A stretch of 45,462 bases of DNA. Origin: Verrucomicrobiota bacterium (lineage in GTDB: Bacteria; Verrucomicrobiota; Verrucomicrobiia; Limisphaerales; UBA1412). The notes beneath the pieces are model-generated. The model saw only the letters and a program-made list of their open reading frames with translations. It was not told where the DNA came from and ran no database searches. Shown piece by piece: positions 26,025 to 36,386 of this stretch (positions are counted from its first letter, which is position 1; each line of letters starts with the position of its first letter). The stretch spans positions 1-45,462 of the forward strand of contig JAEENR010000096.1 in the NCBI GenBank assembly GCA_016283885.1, read 5' to 3'. Made by a program: the position numbers and the translations under genes.

Positions 26025-27311
26025 ATGACTCAGTTACAGCGTGCGAACGCAGGTGAATTGACGCCACAGATCGAACAGGTAGCGGCGATAGAATATCGTA
26101 CCCCGGAGGAGATCCGTCTCCAGGTAGCCGAGGGAAAGATAGTCATTCCTGCGAATATCCATCATAAAAATTTGAAACCGATGGGGATCGGACGGCTGTT
26201 GAGAACAAAAATAAATGCCAATATCGGCAACTCCGCTCTTTCAAGCTGTCCCATGCAGGAGCTTGAAAAACTGAATAACGCGGTCAAGTACGGTGCGGAT
26301 ACTGTGATGGATCTGAGTACTGGGGAAAACATTATCCAGATCCGCCAGAAGATCATTGAGAACAGTCCTGTTCCGGTTGGTACCGTTCCCATTTATGAAG
26401 CCCTGGCCAGAGCCGGCGGCAGCCAGGGTTTAAGTGAATCATTGATCCTGCAGGTAATCCGTGAACAAGCGGAGCAAGGAGTGGATTATATGACAGTCCA
26501 TTCCGGGATACTGCTGAAACATATAGATTTCGCAAAGAAACGCCTCCTTCGCATTGTCAGCAGAGGAGGTTCTATACTTGCCCGCTGGATGAGACAAAAC
26601 CAGCGTGAAAATCCTTTTTATACGGCTTTTGATGAGATCCTGAAAATTTGCCTGGAACATGATGTCACACTTTCGTTGGGTGATGGGATGCGCCCCGGGT
26701 GTCTGGCTGATGCAAGCGATGCAGCTCAGTTTGCCGAATTGGAAACATTAGGTGAGTTGGTGCAGCGCTGTCGGAAAGCCGGAGTGCAGGCTATGGTTGA
26801 AGGACCAGGTCATATCCCGTTTGATCAGATCGAAATGAATATGCGCCGGGAACGGGAAGTTTGTGATGACGCGCCGTTTTATATTTTAGGCCCGGTGGTG
26901 ACAGATTGTGCTCCCGGTTATGATCATATCACCAGTGCGATCGGAGCGACGATGGGGGCCTATTCCGGCGCGGCAATGCTATGCTATGTGACACCAAAAG
27001 AACATTTAGGATTGCCGAACGCCAGAGATGTTCGGGATGGTGTCATTGCCTATAAAATCGCGGCTCACGCGGCGGATATCGCTTTAGGCAAACCTCACGC
27101 GAGAGATAGAGATGACGCGATCTCCCAGGCACGCGCAGATTTTGATTGGGAGAAACAGTTTGAATTGGCTCTGGATCCGGATAAGGCAAGAGAGCTGAGA
27201 GCGGAGGCTCTGCAAGAAGGTGGCCGCTCTCCCGATCATGATAAACGGGCACAGTACTGTACTATGTGTGGCCCGGAGTTCTGCTCCATGAGGATCTCTA
27301 AAGAGATTTAA
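26025..27311 (+). CDS. thiC: Phosphomethylpyrimidine synthase (short form)
   Basis: Motifs [40 protein letters not shown] and the C-terminal Fe-S motif [12 protein letters not shown]. Confidence 0.93.
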   Translation: MTQLQRANAGELTPQIEQVAAIEYRTPEEIRLQVAEGKIVIPANIHHKNLKPMGIGRLLRTKINANIGNSALSSCPMQELEKLNNAVKYGADTVMDLSTGENIIQIRQKIIENSPVPVGTVPIYEALARAGGSQGLSESLILQVIREQAEQGVDYMTVHSGILLKHIDFAKKRLLRIVSRGGSILARWMRQNQRENPFYTAFDEILKICLEHDVTLSLGDGMRPGCLADASDAAQFAELETLGELVQRCRKAGVQAMVEGPGHIPFDQIEMNMRREREVCDDAPFYILGPVVTDCAPGYDHITSAIGATMGAYSGAAMLCYVTPKEHLGLPNARDVRDGVIAYKIAAHAADIALGKPHARDRDDAISQARADFDWEKQFELALDPDKARELRAEALQEGGRSPDHDKRAQYCTMCGPEFCSMRISKEI

Positions 27312-27317
27312 AAGAAT

Positions 27318-28544
27318 TTATTCGTGCCGCAGACTTTCAATGGGATCAAGGTTTGCGGCTTTCCATGCCGGGTAAGATCCAAAGAGAATACCCACTACAG
27401 AACAAATCACCAGTCCAATGATGACCCAGTCAACAGGGACAGTCATTGGTACCTTCAGAACAACTGCGGCAAGATTCCCTCCTAAAACTCCCAGAATAAC
27501 ACCAGCGATCCCGCCTATCTGACAGAGGACGATGGCTTCCATAATAAACTGAGTCAGGATATTCCGCTTTTTAGCGCCAATAGCGCGGCGAATGCCGATT
27601 TCTCTTGTGCGTTCGGTAACGGATACCAGCATGATATTCATAATGCCGATCCCGGCTGCAATCAAAGCGATAGAACTGATCACCGTGATACCAATGCGGA
27701 TTGTAAAAGTGACATTCTGAAACTGTGTGATCAAAGTATCATTGGTTTCGATTTCAAAATCATCTTCTTCGATCGGTTTGATATGCCGGATGGAACGGAG
27801 AACGCCGCGAACTTGTTCGATTGTATCATCAAATTCTTTAGAATCAATAGCTTCTACTAAAAAATCCAGGGAGCGGCGGTGGCCGTAGTAATTCATTGCG
27901 GTTGTGATGGGGATCAGGATCATATTATCCGCTCCGGCATTAAAGAGGGAACCTTTTTCCTTTAAAACGCCGATCACGGTGTAGTTGATCCCATTGAATC
28001 GAACACGCTGTGAAATAGCGGGACCATAAGGGAAGAGCTTTTTAGCTAAAGGATTTCCCAATACACAGACATTGCGTCGGCTGTCCACATCGGTGTCCGT
28101 GATTGCTCGTCCTTCTTCGACCACCATGTTACGCGCTGAAAAAGTTGGGTAAGTCACCCCGTAAAGGGAGATATCGGGATTAGTCGTATCATATCGGGAG
28201 GAGGCTTCATCGGTATGAAACTGATTGATGATGCCGATGCCTTTGACAGAGGGAAGTGCCAGACAGAGCTTTTTGTATTGATCGTAATCTAAATCGTGAC
28301 GACGTCTGTATTTTTCCCAGGTTCCCGGTCCGCCAAAGCTGATCGTTGGCCATTTTTTGATTTGAACGGTATTGGCTCCCAAACTGGAAATCTCAGTTTC
28401 TATCGAACCTTGCAGTGCCCGCATGGTGGTCATTACGAGGATAATGGAGAACACACCCACCAGAATACCCAGCAGGGTCAGTATGGAACGAAGCTTGTGT
28501 GCCAGAATGGATTGAATAGATATTTTCAGCAATTCAAAATTCAT
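27318..28544 (-). CDS. MacB/FtsX-type ABC transporter permease
   Basis: N-terminus MNFELLKISIQSILAHKLRSILTLLGILVGV. It has a large periplasmic domain and a C-terminal FtsX region ERTREIGIRRAIGAKKRNI. ATG 28544 has GGAGG 8 nt upstream and is preferred over ATG 28559. Confidence 0.85.
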   Translation of the reverse strand: MNFELLKISIQSILAHKLRSILTLLGILVGVFSIILVMTTMRALQGSIETEISSLGANTVQIKKWPTISFGGPGTWEKYRRRHDLDYDQYKKLCLALPSVKGIGIINQFHTDEASSRYDTTNPDISLYGVTYPTFSARNMVVEEGRAITDTDVDSRRNVCVLGNPLAKKLFPYGPAISQRVRFNGINYTVIGVLKEKGSLFNAGADNMILIPITTAMNYYGHRRSLDFLVEAIDSKEFDDTIEQVRGVLRSIRHIKPIEEDDFEIETNDTLITQFQNVTFTIRIGITVISSIALIAAGIGIMNIMLVSVTERTREIGIRRAIGAKKRNILTQFIMEAIVLCQIGGIAGVILGVLGGNLAAVVLKVPMTVPVDWVIIGLVICSVVGILFGSYPAWKAANLDPIESLRHE

Positions 28545-28612
28545 AGCGCATACCTCCATGATTGTGTGAGATATTCAAATTTTGATGGGTTGTGCACAAA
28601 TTGTTCCATGAA

Positions 28613-29836
28613 TCAGTCGTTACGTAAAGAATCTACCGGATCCATTAAAGCTGCTCTTCGAGCCGGGATATAGCCGGAGATAACACCTGTCGCTGCCGCG
28701 ATCAGCAGGGCTATCGCTACTGTTTTAAGTGAAATCGAAGCAGGAATGTAAATGCTGACGATTGGCTGGAACGCGCATGCAATCAGCAGTCCGATAATAC
28801 CCCCAAAGAGACAGATCAGAAGTGCTTCCAACATGAATTGAAGCAGGATTGTTCTGCGTCGGGCACCAAGTGCTTTTCTCAAGCCGATTTCCTTTGTGCG
28901 TTCCGCTACAGATACGAACATGATGTTCATGATGCCGATACCGCCCACGAACAAAGAAAGTCCAGTGATGAAAAGCCCGCAGCTGGAAATGATCCTGTTG
29001 ACCTTGTTGAAAGTATCGATCAGAGAACCTTGCTTATTAATGGCAAAGTCATCTTCTTCACCTGGTTGAAGATGGCGTACTTTACGCATAAGTCCTCGAA
29101 TTTCCTCCGTCATTTCGTCGATATTTTTCATATCCGGAGCTTTGACAAGGATACTGACATTGGGACGATTAGCAAAATCACTGAGCATTCGGGTCACAGG
29201 GACATAAACTGTATTATCCATGCTGAATCCCATGAAGGTTCCGCGTTTTTCCATAGATCCGATGACTTCATAAGTAATATCATTGAGTTTTACTTTTTTG
29301 CCGACAGCACTGTCTCCTTTGAAAAGGGAATGCACGGCATCGTAGCCTAATACGCAAACAGGTCTGGATCCGTTCACTTCATTCTCGTCAAAAAATCGTC
29401 CTTCTGAAAAAGTATATTGATTAACGGCTTGATGTGCCGCGGAACCTCCGTCCATGAAGACCCCCGTGATGCTTTCGCTTCCATATTTTACAGTGCAGAC
29501 TTGATGTGAAACATAGGGAGAAATGATATAGCGATCTCCAGCTAAACGTACGAGTTCTTTAGCTTGATTTAATTCAATATCTCTGCGTCCTCTGCGTTTC
29601 CACCAGTCTGAATGATCCATCCAGGACTCCTTTTCGATATAAAGGATATCAGAACCTAATACAGAGATACTTTGAACGAAGCTTTTGGATACACCGTCAA
29701 TAGCCATGCTCATCAGGGAAACAGTGACTACACCGATCACGATGCCCAAAGTTGTCAGGATAGACCTCATCTTATTAGCGTTGATAGCATCAAACGCGAT
29801 GCGGAAACTCTCTGACAATTCATTTTTGAGCTTCAT
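28613..29836 (-). CDS. MacB/FtsX-type ABC transporter permease (paralog)
   Basis: Same architecture as the neighbouring permease: FRIAFDAINANKMRSILTTLGIVIGV, ERTKEIGLRKALGARRRTI. Confidence 0.85.
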   Translation of the reverse strand: MKLKNELSESFRIAFDAINANKMRSILTTLGIVIGVVTVSLMSMAIDGVSKSFVQSISVLGSDILYIEKESWMDHSDWWKRRGRRDIELNQAKELVRLAGDRYIISPYVSHQVCTVKYGSESITGVFMDGGSAAHQAVNQYTFSEGRFFDENEVNGSRPVCVLGYDAVHSLFKGDSAVGKKVKLNDITYEVIGSMEKRGTFMGFSMDNTVYVPVTRMLSDFANRPNVSILVKAPDMKNIDEMTEEIRGLMRKVRHLQPGEEDDFAINKQGSLIDTFNKVNRIISSCGLFITGLSLFVGGIGIMNIMFVSVAERTKEIGLRKALGARRRTILLQFMLEALLICLFGGIIGLLIACAFQPIVSIYIPASISLKTVAIALLIAAATGVISGYIPARRAALMDPVDSLRND

Positions 29837-29846
29837 ACGTTGTCTT

Positions 29847-30542
29847 TTAACCTACCTGATGCGGTTCATCAGAAGCGATCCTGCCGTCACGAATACGGAT
29901 GATGCGGCGCGCTCTTTGAGCGATATCTTCTTCGTGTGTTACCAGGATGATAGTATTGCCCTTGTTATAAAGCTCATCAAACAGAAGCATGATCTCATCC
30001 CCGGTAGCGGTGTCAAGATTGCCGGTCGGTTCATCTGCCAGCAGGATAGAAGGATTGTTCACAAGAGCGCGGGCCACGGCCACACGCTGACGCTGGCCAC
30101 CGGAAAGCTCATTAGGTTTGTGGTTCATGCGCTCTTTGAGCCCCACTTGGATCAACGCGTTTCTAGCGATTTCCAGGCGTTCTTCTAAATCGACTCCCGC
30201 GTAGATAAGAGGCAGTTCCACATTGTGCAGAGATGTGCTGCGGGGAAGCAGATTGAAAGTTTGAAAGACAAATCCGATCTCACGATTGCGGATGTCCGCC
30301 AGTTCATCATCATCCATTTGATCCACAGCGTTTCCGTTCAGGATAAAACTGCCGGATGTGGGAGTATCCAAACATCCCAGGATGTTCATCAGAGTTGATT
30401 TACCGGAACCGCTGGGGCCCATAATAGCGACATATTCGCCTTTGAAAATCTGTAAATTGACCCCTCGCAGCGCATGGACGGTTTCTGCGCCCATGTTGTA
30501 GGCTTTACACACATTTTCGATTTGAATAAGGGGAAGAGACAT
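29847..30542 (-). CDS. ABC transporter ATP-binding protein (MacB/LolD-like)
   Basis: Walker [10 protein letters not shown], signature [15 protein letters not shown], Walker [16 protein letters not shown] 30542 lies 1 nt after the upstream stop. The longer track ORF (to 30662) overlaps the adaptor gene and is unlikely. Confidence 0.9.
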   Translation of the reverse strand: MSLPLIQIENVCKAYNMGAETVHALRGVNLQIFKGEYVAIMGPSGSGKSTLMNILGCLDTPTSGSFILNGNAVDQMDDDELADIRNREIGFVFQTFNLLPRSTSLHNVELPLIYAGVDLEERLEIARNALIQVGLKERMNHKPNELSGGQRQRVAVARALVNNPSILLADEPTGNLDTATGDEIMLLFDELYNKGNTIILVTHEEDIAQRARRIIRIRDGRIASDEPHQVG

Positions 30543-30543
30543 A

Positions 30544-31803
30544 CTAGGGTTTGACCAAGATGAGCTTGCCGTCTTCAAGATCTTTGCTGATGGCCTTATA
30601 GCCGCCGCTGACAATTTCCTCGCCTTCCTGGAGACCTTCAAGAATTTCTGTGTAATTGTCATCGCTGATGCCGCGTTTGACCAGGCGTTTTTCTACCCGA
30701 TCGCCATTTACGACAAAGACAACTTCCTCGATAAGACTTTCTGCAGATTTAGACTTAGCGGAATCCTCAGAAGCCGTTGGAGGTTTTACATCAGCGATTG
30801 TGTTAGTCGCCTGAGGTTTAAGACGAGTGGTAACGGATTGGATCGGCACAGACAGAACATTTGTCCGATAACGCGTCTCGATTTCAGAAGTGACAGACAT
30901 TCCCGGGCGAAAAGCTTCTTTGTCATTGATGAGGATGCGCACTTCAAATTTAGTAGCTTCCGTGGTATTACTGCTGTTGGCTGTATTCGCTATTTGAGAA
31001 ACGGTGCCGACAAATTTTTGATCGTGAAAAGCGTCCACATCCAGCCAGGATTTTTGTCCCAGAGAGATGAGATTGATATCCATTTCACCGATATCCACAC
31101 GAGCCTCCATGTGATTCAAATCGGAAATGGTCATGACCTCTGTGCCGGTATATGTGCCGGTTCCGACTACACGTTCACCTAATTCAGAATTCAATTTGGA
31201 GACGGTGCCGTCCAAGGGAGAGTAGATGATACACTTGCTTAAATCTTCCGAAGCGCGATCCAGAGCCGCTTGAGACATGGTAACCTGGTGAATGGAATTA
31301 GTATAAGTGAATTTAGCCGCAGTGTAGGAATTGACGATATCATCATAATTTGCCTTGGAAAGCAGATTGTTCTCATAAAGCCCCTTAGCGCGTTCCCATT
31401 CCGCTTCCCATTTTTTCAGTGAATCCAAAGAAATATCCCGACTGCCCAGAGCTGATTGCAAACTGGCCGCTGCGGAATTACTGCTGGCAATGTAAAGATC
31501 CGGTTTCACACTGAAAAGCAGGTCACCTTTGTGTACCATCTGGCCTTCGCTGACCGGCAGCTGAATGATCTCACCGGATACTTCTGAGCTGATTTTAACG
31601 TAGGTAACAGGCTGGATTTTCCCATTAGCGGTAACGATTTCCGTGATATCACGCTTTTGAACGATATCGGTTTGTACTTCAATAGGCTTTTCCGCTTTCA
31701 TCAGGAAGTACGCGACTACGTTTCCGATGATGAACAGCAAAATGATCGTCCAAACAATATAAAAGAATTTTGATTTTTTCTTCTTGCTCATATTTCTATC
31801 CAC
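30544..31803 (-). CDS. Periplasmic adaptor (HlyD/MacA-type membrane fusion protein)
   Basis: N-terminal anchor [22 protein letters not shown]. Lipoyl-like hairpin [41 protein letters not shown]. Coiled-coil middle region. The start is ATG 31803 or 31791. Confidence 0.85.
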   Translation of the reverse strand: MDRNMSKKKKSKFFYIVWTIILLFIIGNVVAYFLMKAEKPIEVQTDIVQKRDITEIVTANGKIQPVTYVKISSEVSGEIIQLPVSEGQMVHKGDLLFSVKPDLYIASSNSAAASLQSALGSRDISLDSLKKWEAEWERAKGLYENNLLSKANYDDIVNSYTAAKFTYTNSIHQVTMSQAALDRASEDLSKCIIYSPLDGTVSKLNSELGERVVGTGTYTGTEVMTISDLNHMEARVDIGEMDINLISLGQKSWLDVDAFHDQKFVGTVSQIANTANSSNTTEATKFEVRILINDKEAFRPGMSVTSEIETRYRTNVLSVPIQSVTTRLKPQATNTIADVKPPTASEDSAKSKSAESLIEEVVFVVNGDRVEKRLVKRGISDDNYTEILEGLQEGEEIVSGGYKAISKDLEDGKLILVKP

Positions 31804-31855
31804 TTTGAATTCATTACCATGAATCCAAAACTATAATAATTACTGGCTGACACTA

Positions 31856-31872
31856 ACACAATATAATTGTGT
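31856..31872. promoter_or_regulatory. Perfect 7-3-7 palindrome, candidate operator upstream of the efflux operon
   Basis: ACACAAT-ATA-ATTGTGT read directly. Its centre is about 61 nt upstream of ATG 31803, within the only real intergenic gap (124 nt) of the long minus-strand run. Confidence 0.3.
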
Positions 31873-31927
31873 CATCGTATTATAAAGAACCGGGATAGAA
31901 TAATTTTGTGTGTAAATAAGAAAAAAA

Positions 31928-32497
31928 TTAGCGTTTTAAAAGGATCTGCTCCATATCCAGTTGGTTTTCGATCCATTTAACCCACTTATTTTCATGGGAT
32001 TTCATGATTTTTCTGTCTGAGGGATCGATGTCATCAAAATCCTGCAGATGAAGAATAGAATGGATGAGGTAACGGAGAGTTTCGCTTTGAGGTGTTGTAT
32101 GGAATTCCTTTGCGTAATAATGCGCTTCATCAATGCAGATGAAGACATCGCCGAAGAGAATATCTTTTTGGGGATGTTGAAGATATTGAAAGGTAATGAC
32201 ATCTGTGGATCCTTCATGACCCAGGTATTTTTCATTCACTCTGGCCATGCGCTTTGAGTTTACAAAATACCAGCTGAGTTCCGCTTTTTTAACGCCCATT
32301 TGCGAAAGGAGCCGTTGAACAACGGGACGGCAAAGCGAGATATTGAAACGAAACCCAGGGTGAAGATTGCGAAAGGCTAAAGCAAAACTGTCAGTTGGAG
32401 GTTGTATCTTAATGGCTGGAAGATTTGGATGGTGTTTGTGTTTTTTGAGTTTCGTATGCCTGGATAATGCGCTGAACCAAAGGATGGCGCACCACAT
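31928..32497 (-). CDS. ybeY: Endoribonuclease YbeY (rRNA maturation factor), with a variant metal motif
   Basis: STDVITFQY and HSILHLQDFDD align to the canonical TDVLSF and HGxLHLxGYDH. It sits in the conserved position downstream of phoH. The start is uncertain because ATG 32497 overlaps phoH by 89 nt. Confidence 0.75.
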   Translation of the reverse strand: MWCAILWFSALSRHTKLKKHKHHPNLPAIKIQPPTDSFALAFRNLHPGFRFNISLCRPVVQRLLSQMGVKKAELSWYFVNSKRMARVNEKYLGHEGSTDVITFQYLQHPQKDILFGDVFICIDEAHYYAKEFHTTPQSETLRYLIHSILHLQDFDDIDPSDRKIMKSHENKWVKWIENQLDMEQILLKR

Positions 32498-33386
32498 CGC
32501 GTTTTTGGAACTCTTTGATACCGATGCCGGGAATATTTTTCAACAGATAGAGGGCTTCCGGAAGTCCGGATTTCCGTGGATACGGCAGATCCACTTGAGA
32601 AGGATCACCCGTGATTATGATTTTTGTGTTGATTCCCATACGGGTGAGAAACATAAGGATCTGTTCCCGTGTCGCGTTTTGAGCTTCATCCAGGATGACA
32701 AAGGAGTTGTTCAATGTACGACCTCGCATATAAGCCAAGGGCGCGATCTCAATGGTGCCGCGTTCCTGATGTTTGAGAACATCTTCAGATGGCATCATGT
32801 CATAAAGCGCATCATAAAGAGGACGCAGATAGGGAGTGATCTTTTCTTGCAGATCACCAGGGAGAAAACCCAGTGCTTCACCGGCTTCCACTGCCGGACG
32901 TGTTAAAATAAGGCGATTGCATTTCTCCTCTTTAAGAGCGGCAACAGCCATAGCCATAGCCAGATAGGTTTTACCAGTTCCGGCAGGGCCTACTCCGAAT
33001 GTGATGTCATTTTGCCGAATGAGTTCCACATATTGGCGTTGACCAAGAGTTTTAGGAATAATAACCGGTTTGCGTGCGGAGGTATAAATACGGGAGGCCT
33101 GAAGAGTTCGCAGTGATTCCAGACCGTCTTGTTCTGCGACTTTGATAGCGTGTGAGAAGTCACTGGCTCGAACGATAATACCGTTTTTGACAGAATCTTC
33201 GATTAACTGAAGGATTTTTTCAACTCTTTCAATAGCAGTAGGTTCTCCTTCGATTTTGATCCAGTTGTCTCGTGCAACTGTTTTAACATCAAATTGGGTT
33301 TCAAGTGCCTTGAGATTGGGGATACTTCCATGAAAAAGCTGCTGAGCCAATCTGATATTTTCAAAGTAATAAGTTGTTTCGCTCAT
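32409..33386 (-). CDS. phoH: PhoH-family ATPase
   Basis: Walker A GPAGTGKTYLA, Walker B ILDEAQN, and GDPSQVDLP. Confidence 0.9.
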   Translation of the reverse strand: MSETTYYFENIRLAQQLFHGSIPNLKALETQFDVKTVARDNWIKIEGEPTAIERVEKILQLIEDSVKNGIIVRASDFSHAIKVAEQDGLESLRTLQASRIYTSARKPVIIPKTLGQRQYVELIRQNDITFGVGPAGTGKTYLAMAMAVAALKEEKCNRLILTRPAVEAGEALGFLPGDLQEKITPYLRPLYDALYDMMPSEDVLKHQERGTIEIAPLAYMRGRTLNNSFVILDEAQNATREQILMFLTRMGINTKIIITGDPSQVDLPYPRKSGLPEALYLLKNIPGIGIKEFQKRDVVRHPLVQRIIQAYETQKTQTPSKSSSH

Positions 33387-33405
33387 GATCCGGAACGAGA
33401 AATCT

Positions 33406-33906
33406 TTAATTACTCTGAAGTTTACGGATGGCCTTGCGCAGATTCTCGGCTACTTCGGAGAGAGCCTGCGGCAGAATAGATGTTTGACCAATGACCGGCA
33501 TAAAGTTGGAATCACCATTCCAACGGGGAACCACGTGGATGTGGAGATGTTCAACGATACCGGCGCCGGCGACTTTTCCCTGATTGATGCCAATATTGAA
33601 TCCCTGGGGATGCATCGTTTCTGTCAATGCTGATTGACAGGTTTGAACCAGGTGCATCATTTCCAGAAGTTCTTCGTCTGTCAAATCCCTGATGCCGGGG
33701 ACTTGGCGATAGGGGATCACCATCAGATGTCCCCCGTTATAAGGATAATTATTGAGAATCGCGAAACATGTTTTGCCGCGTGCGATCACATGATTTTTTT
33801 CATCATTCTGCTCTTTAGCGATTCGACTAAAGATAGATTCATCCGAGGGAGCCGGTTTAGGTCCCAGGATATATTGGATTCGCCACGGGGCATGAAGCGG
33901 TTCCAT
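33406..33906 (-). CDS. HIT-family protein (histidine triad nucleotide hydrolase/phosphorylase)
   Basis: Histidine triad HLHIHVVPR. The N-terminal APWRIQYI pattern is seen in Ap4A-phosphorylase-like HIT proteins. Confidence 0.85.
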   Translation of the reverse strand: MEPLHAPWRIQYILGPKPAPSDESIFSRIAKEQNDEKNHVIARGKTCFAILNNYPYNGGHLMVIPYRQVPGIRDLTDEELLEMMHLVQTCQSALTETMHPQGFNIGINQGKVAGAGIVEHLHIHVVPRWNGDSNFMPVIGQTSILPQALSEVAENLRKAIRKLQSN

Positions 33907-33912
33907 AACGAC

Positions 33913-35634
33913 TTATTGGAGTTTTTGGAGTTCCTCTTTGACCAGCTTGATCACTTCTGCCACGGCTTCTTCCGGTTTGAGAGTAATCAAATCTCCGCCG
34001 CGGCGTTTTAATTCCACGACTCCCTTGGCCAGAGATTTTTCTCCAATAGCCAGGCGCAGAGGAATGCCGATCAATTCTGAATCTTTGAATTTAACGCCGG
34101 GGCGTTCATCGCGGTCATCCATCAGTACTTCAATACCGGCGGCAGTCAGTTCCGCGTAGAATTTCTCGGCCCATTTCATCGGTTCACTATCCGCGGCGAT
34201 ATTCAGCGGAGTGATGCAGACCTGGTACGGAGCAACTGACATAGGCCAGTTGATGCCGTCTTTGTCAAAATTCTGTTCAATGATGGCTTGGAGTGTGCGA
34301 GTGACACCAATACCGTAGCAGCCCATGACGCAAGGTTTTTGTTCACCTTTTTCATCAGAATAAACAGCGCCCAAAGCGACACTGTATTTGGTACCCAGTT
34401 TGAACACCTGTCCGACTTCGATGGCGTGACGGATGCACAAGGGCTTGCCGCACTTGGGACAGGCTTCACCATCTTTGACCGTGCGGATATCTACGAACTT
34501 GGCCGAAGGAATATCACGTGCAATATCCACATGACGCAGATGCTGGCCGTCTTTATTTGCTCCGGTGACCATTCCGCTGGCTCCCTGAAGGAGCAGGTCG
34601 GCATAGATGGGAGTTCCATTGACTCCAACCGCGCCCAGACTGCCGGGATGCGCGCCCATCAGTGCGACGATCTCTTCATCGGTTGCTGGACGAAACAGGA
34701 CTGTTCCAAGAATACCGGCCAGCTTGGCTTCATTCAGTTGATAATCACCGCGAAGCAGAAGGATCGCCGGTTTGTCTTCAGCTGTGAAGATAAGGGTTTT
34801 GATCTGTTGTGAAGCGGGAATGTTGAAAGGAGCTTTGCTGAGATCCTCAATGGTTTTTACTCCCGGTGTCTCAAAAGCCTCTGCTGCGGCAGTGTCTTTT
34901 GTATAGGACGCTTCGACCTGACTGTCTGCTTTCTCTACATTGGCGGCATAACCGCAAGCGTCGCAGAAAGCGATCTCGCATTCACCTGTATCCGCAGGAA
35001 CAACAAACTCATGAGTGTGTTTTCCACCCATGACACCGGCATCGGCTTCCACGGGGAACGCTTTCAGACCGCAGCGGCGGAAAATCTTAGTGTATGTATC
35101 ATACATCAGACGATAACTGGCCATGGAAGCTTCATCGTTCAGATCAAAGCTGTAGGCATCCTTCATGATGAACTCACGAGCGCGCATCAGACCAAAACGA
35201 GGACGGATCTCATCACGGAATTTGGTTTGGATCTGATAAAGATTGATAGGAAGTTGGCGATAGCTGCTGATTTCTCCTGCGGCCAGAGTTGTTACGACCT
35301 CTTCATGAGTGGGACCCAGTACCCATTCACGTTTACCGTGGTCATTGACTTTGAAAAGGGTATCACCCGCGGCATCATAGCGGCCACTCTTCTGCCATAT
35401 TTCAGGTGGTTGCAAAGCCGGCATCAATATTTCCAAAGCACCGGCGCGATCCATTTCTTCGCGGACGATCTGCTGGACTTTGCGCAGAGAGCGCATGCCC
35501 AGCGGCATAAAATTATAAAGTCCCGCGGCGAGTTTACGAATGATGCCCGCGCGGAGCAAAAGTTGATGAGAAAGAATCTCTGCCTCGGCAGGGGATTCAC
35601 GGAGTGTCGGTATCAGTGATTTAGTCCAACGCAT
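33913..35634 (-). CDS. proS: Proline--tRNA ligase (bacterial type with editing insertion)
   Basis: Motifs MRWTKSLIPTLRE, class-II motif 2 FRDEIRPRFGLMRAREF and motif 3 GCYGIGVTR. 573 aa. Confidence 0.95.
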   Translation of the reverse strand: MRWTKSLIPTLRESPAEAEILSHQLLLRAGIIRKLAAGLYNFMPLGMRSLRKVQQIVREEMDRAGALEILMPALQPPEIWQKSGRYDAAGDTLFKVNDHGKREWVLGPTHEEVVTTLAAGEISSYRQLPINLYQIQTKFRDEIRPRFGLMRAREFIMKDAYSFDLNDEASMASYRLMYDTYTKIFRRCGLKAFPVEADAGVMGGKHTHEFVVPADTGECEIAFCDACGYAANVEKADSQVEASYTKDTAAAEAFETPGVKTIEDLSKAPFNIPASQQIKTLIFTAEDKPAILLLRGDYQLNEAKLAGILGTVLFRPATDEEIVALMGAHPGSLGAVGVNGTPIYADLLLQGASGMVTGANKDGQHLRHVDIARDIPSAKFVDIRTVKDGEACPKCGKPLCIRHAIEVGQVFKLGTKYSVALGAVYSDEKGEQKPCVMGCYGIGVTRTLQAIIEQNFDKDGINWPMSVAPYQVCITPLNIAADSEPMKWAEKFYAELTAAGIEVLMDDRDERPGVKFKDSELIGIPLRLAIGEKSLAKGVVELKRRGGDLITLKPEEAVAEVIKLVKEELQKLQ

Positions 35635-35654
35635 ATTGATTTTTGATAAAATTT

Positions 35655-36377
35655 TTACATATCCGCATTTGTGAAGACCTCCTGGACATCATCCTGATCT
35701 TCTAACGCGTCTATCAATTTTTGAACGACCTCCACCATATCCGGTGCGACAGGCGTTATCATGGTGGGAAGTTGGGTAATAGAAGCATTTGCACAGGTAA
35801 TGCCGGCTTCGTCCAAAGCTTTGGAAACGGTTTCAAAATCCCCCGGTTCGGTAATGATTTCATAACCTTCAGGTTCTGACTTGAAATCTTCAGCCCCGGC
35901 ATTCATAGCCACTTCCATGAGTTTGTCTTCGTCAGCGGCTTCACGTTCAATGATAAATTGTCCCTTCTTCTGGAAAAGACGGGAAACAGCACCCGATGTA
36001 GCCATGCTGCCGTTGTGCCGGGTCAGGATGGCCCGGATCTCCGCGGAAGTACGATTGCGGTTATCTGTACTCAACTCAATCAGAATGGCGACTCCAGAGG
36101 GACCATAAACTTCGTACACTAGATCTTCATAACTCACGGCGGCACCTTCGCCGGAGGCTTTTTTGATAGCACGTTCGATATTGTCACGCGGCATACTTGC
36201 CATACGTGCTTTGAGCAAAGCCATGCGCAATCGAGGATTCATGTCAGGATCACCGCTGGATCCCATCTTGACAGCGATCATGATCTCTTTTGCGATTTTT
36301 CCAAACAACTTGGAGCGCTTGGCATCAATGGCTCCTTTGAAGTGTTTTACTTTTGCCCATTTACTATGTCCGGCCAT
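35655..36377 (-). CDS. yebC: YebC/PmpR-family DNA-binding transcriptional regulator
   Basis: The N-terminus MAGHSKWAKVKHFKG is diagnostic. 240 aa. Confidence 0.92.
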   Translation of the reverse strand: MAGHSKWAKVKHFKGAIDAKRSKLFGKIAKEIMIAVKMGSSGDPDMNPRLRMALLKARMASMPRDNIERAIKKASGEGAAVSYEDLVYEVYGPSGVAILIELSTDNRNRTSAEIRAILTRHNGSMATSGAVSRLFQKKGQFIIEREAADEDKLMEVAMNAGAEDFKSEPEGYEIITEPGDFETVSKALDEAGITCANASITQLPTMITPVAPDMVEVVQKLIDALEDQDDVQEVFTNADM

Positions 36378-36386
36378 AATATTTAA

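Noticed and set aside
27312-27317. Convergent thiC and permease genes whose stops are only 6 nt apart with no terminator, possibly indicating a misassembly or a fused element.
   Set aside because: Both ORFs end with complete, family-typical C-termini, and nothing suggests truncation. Tight convergent packing is common in compact genomes.
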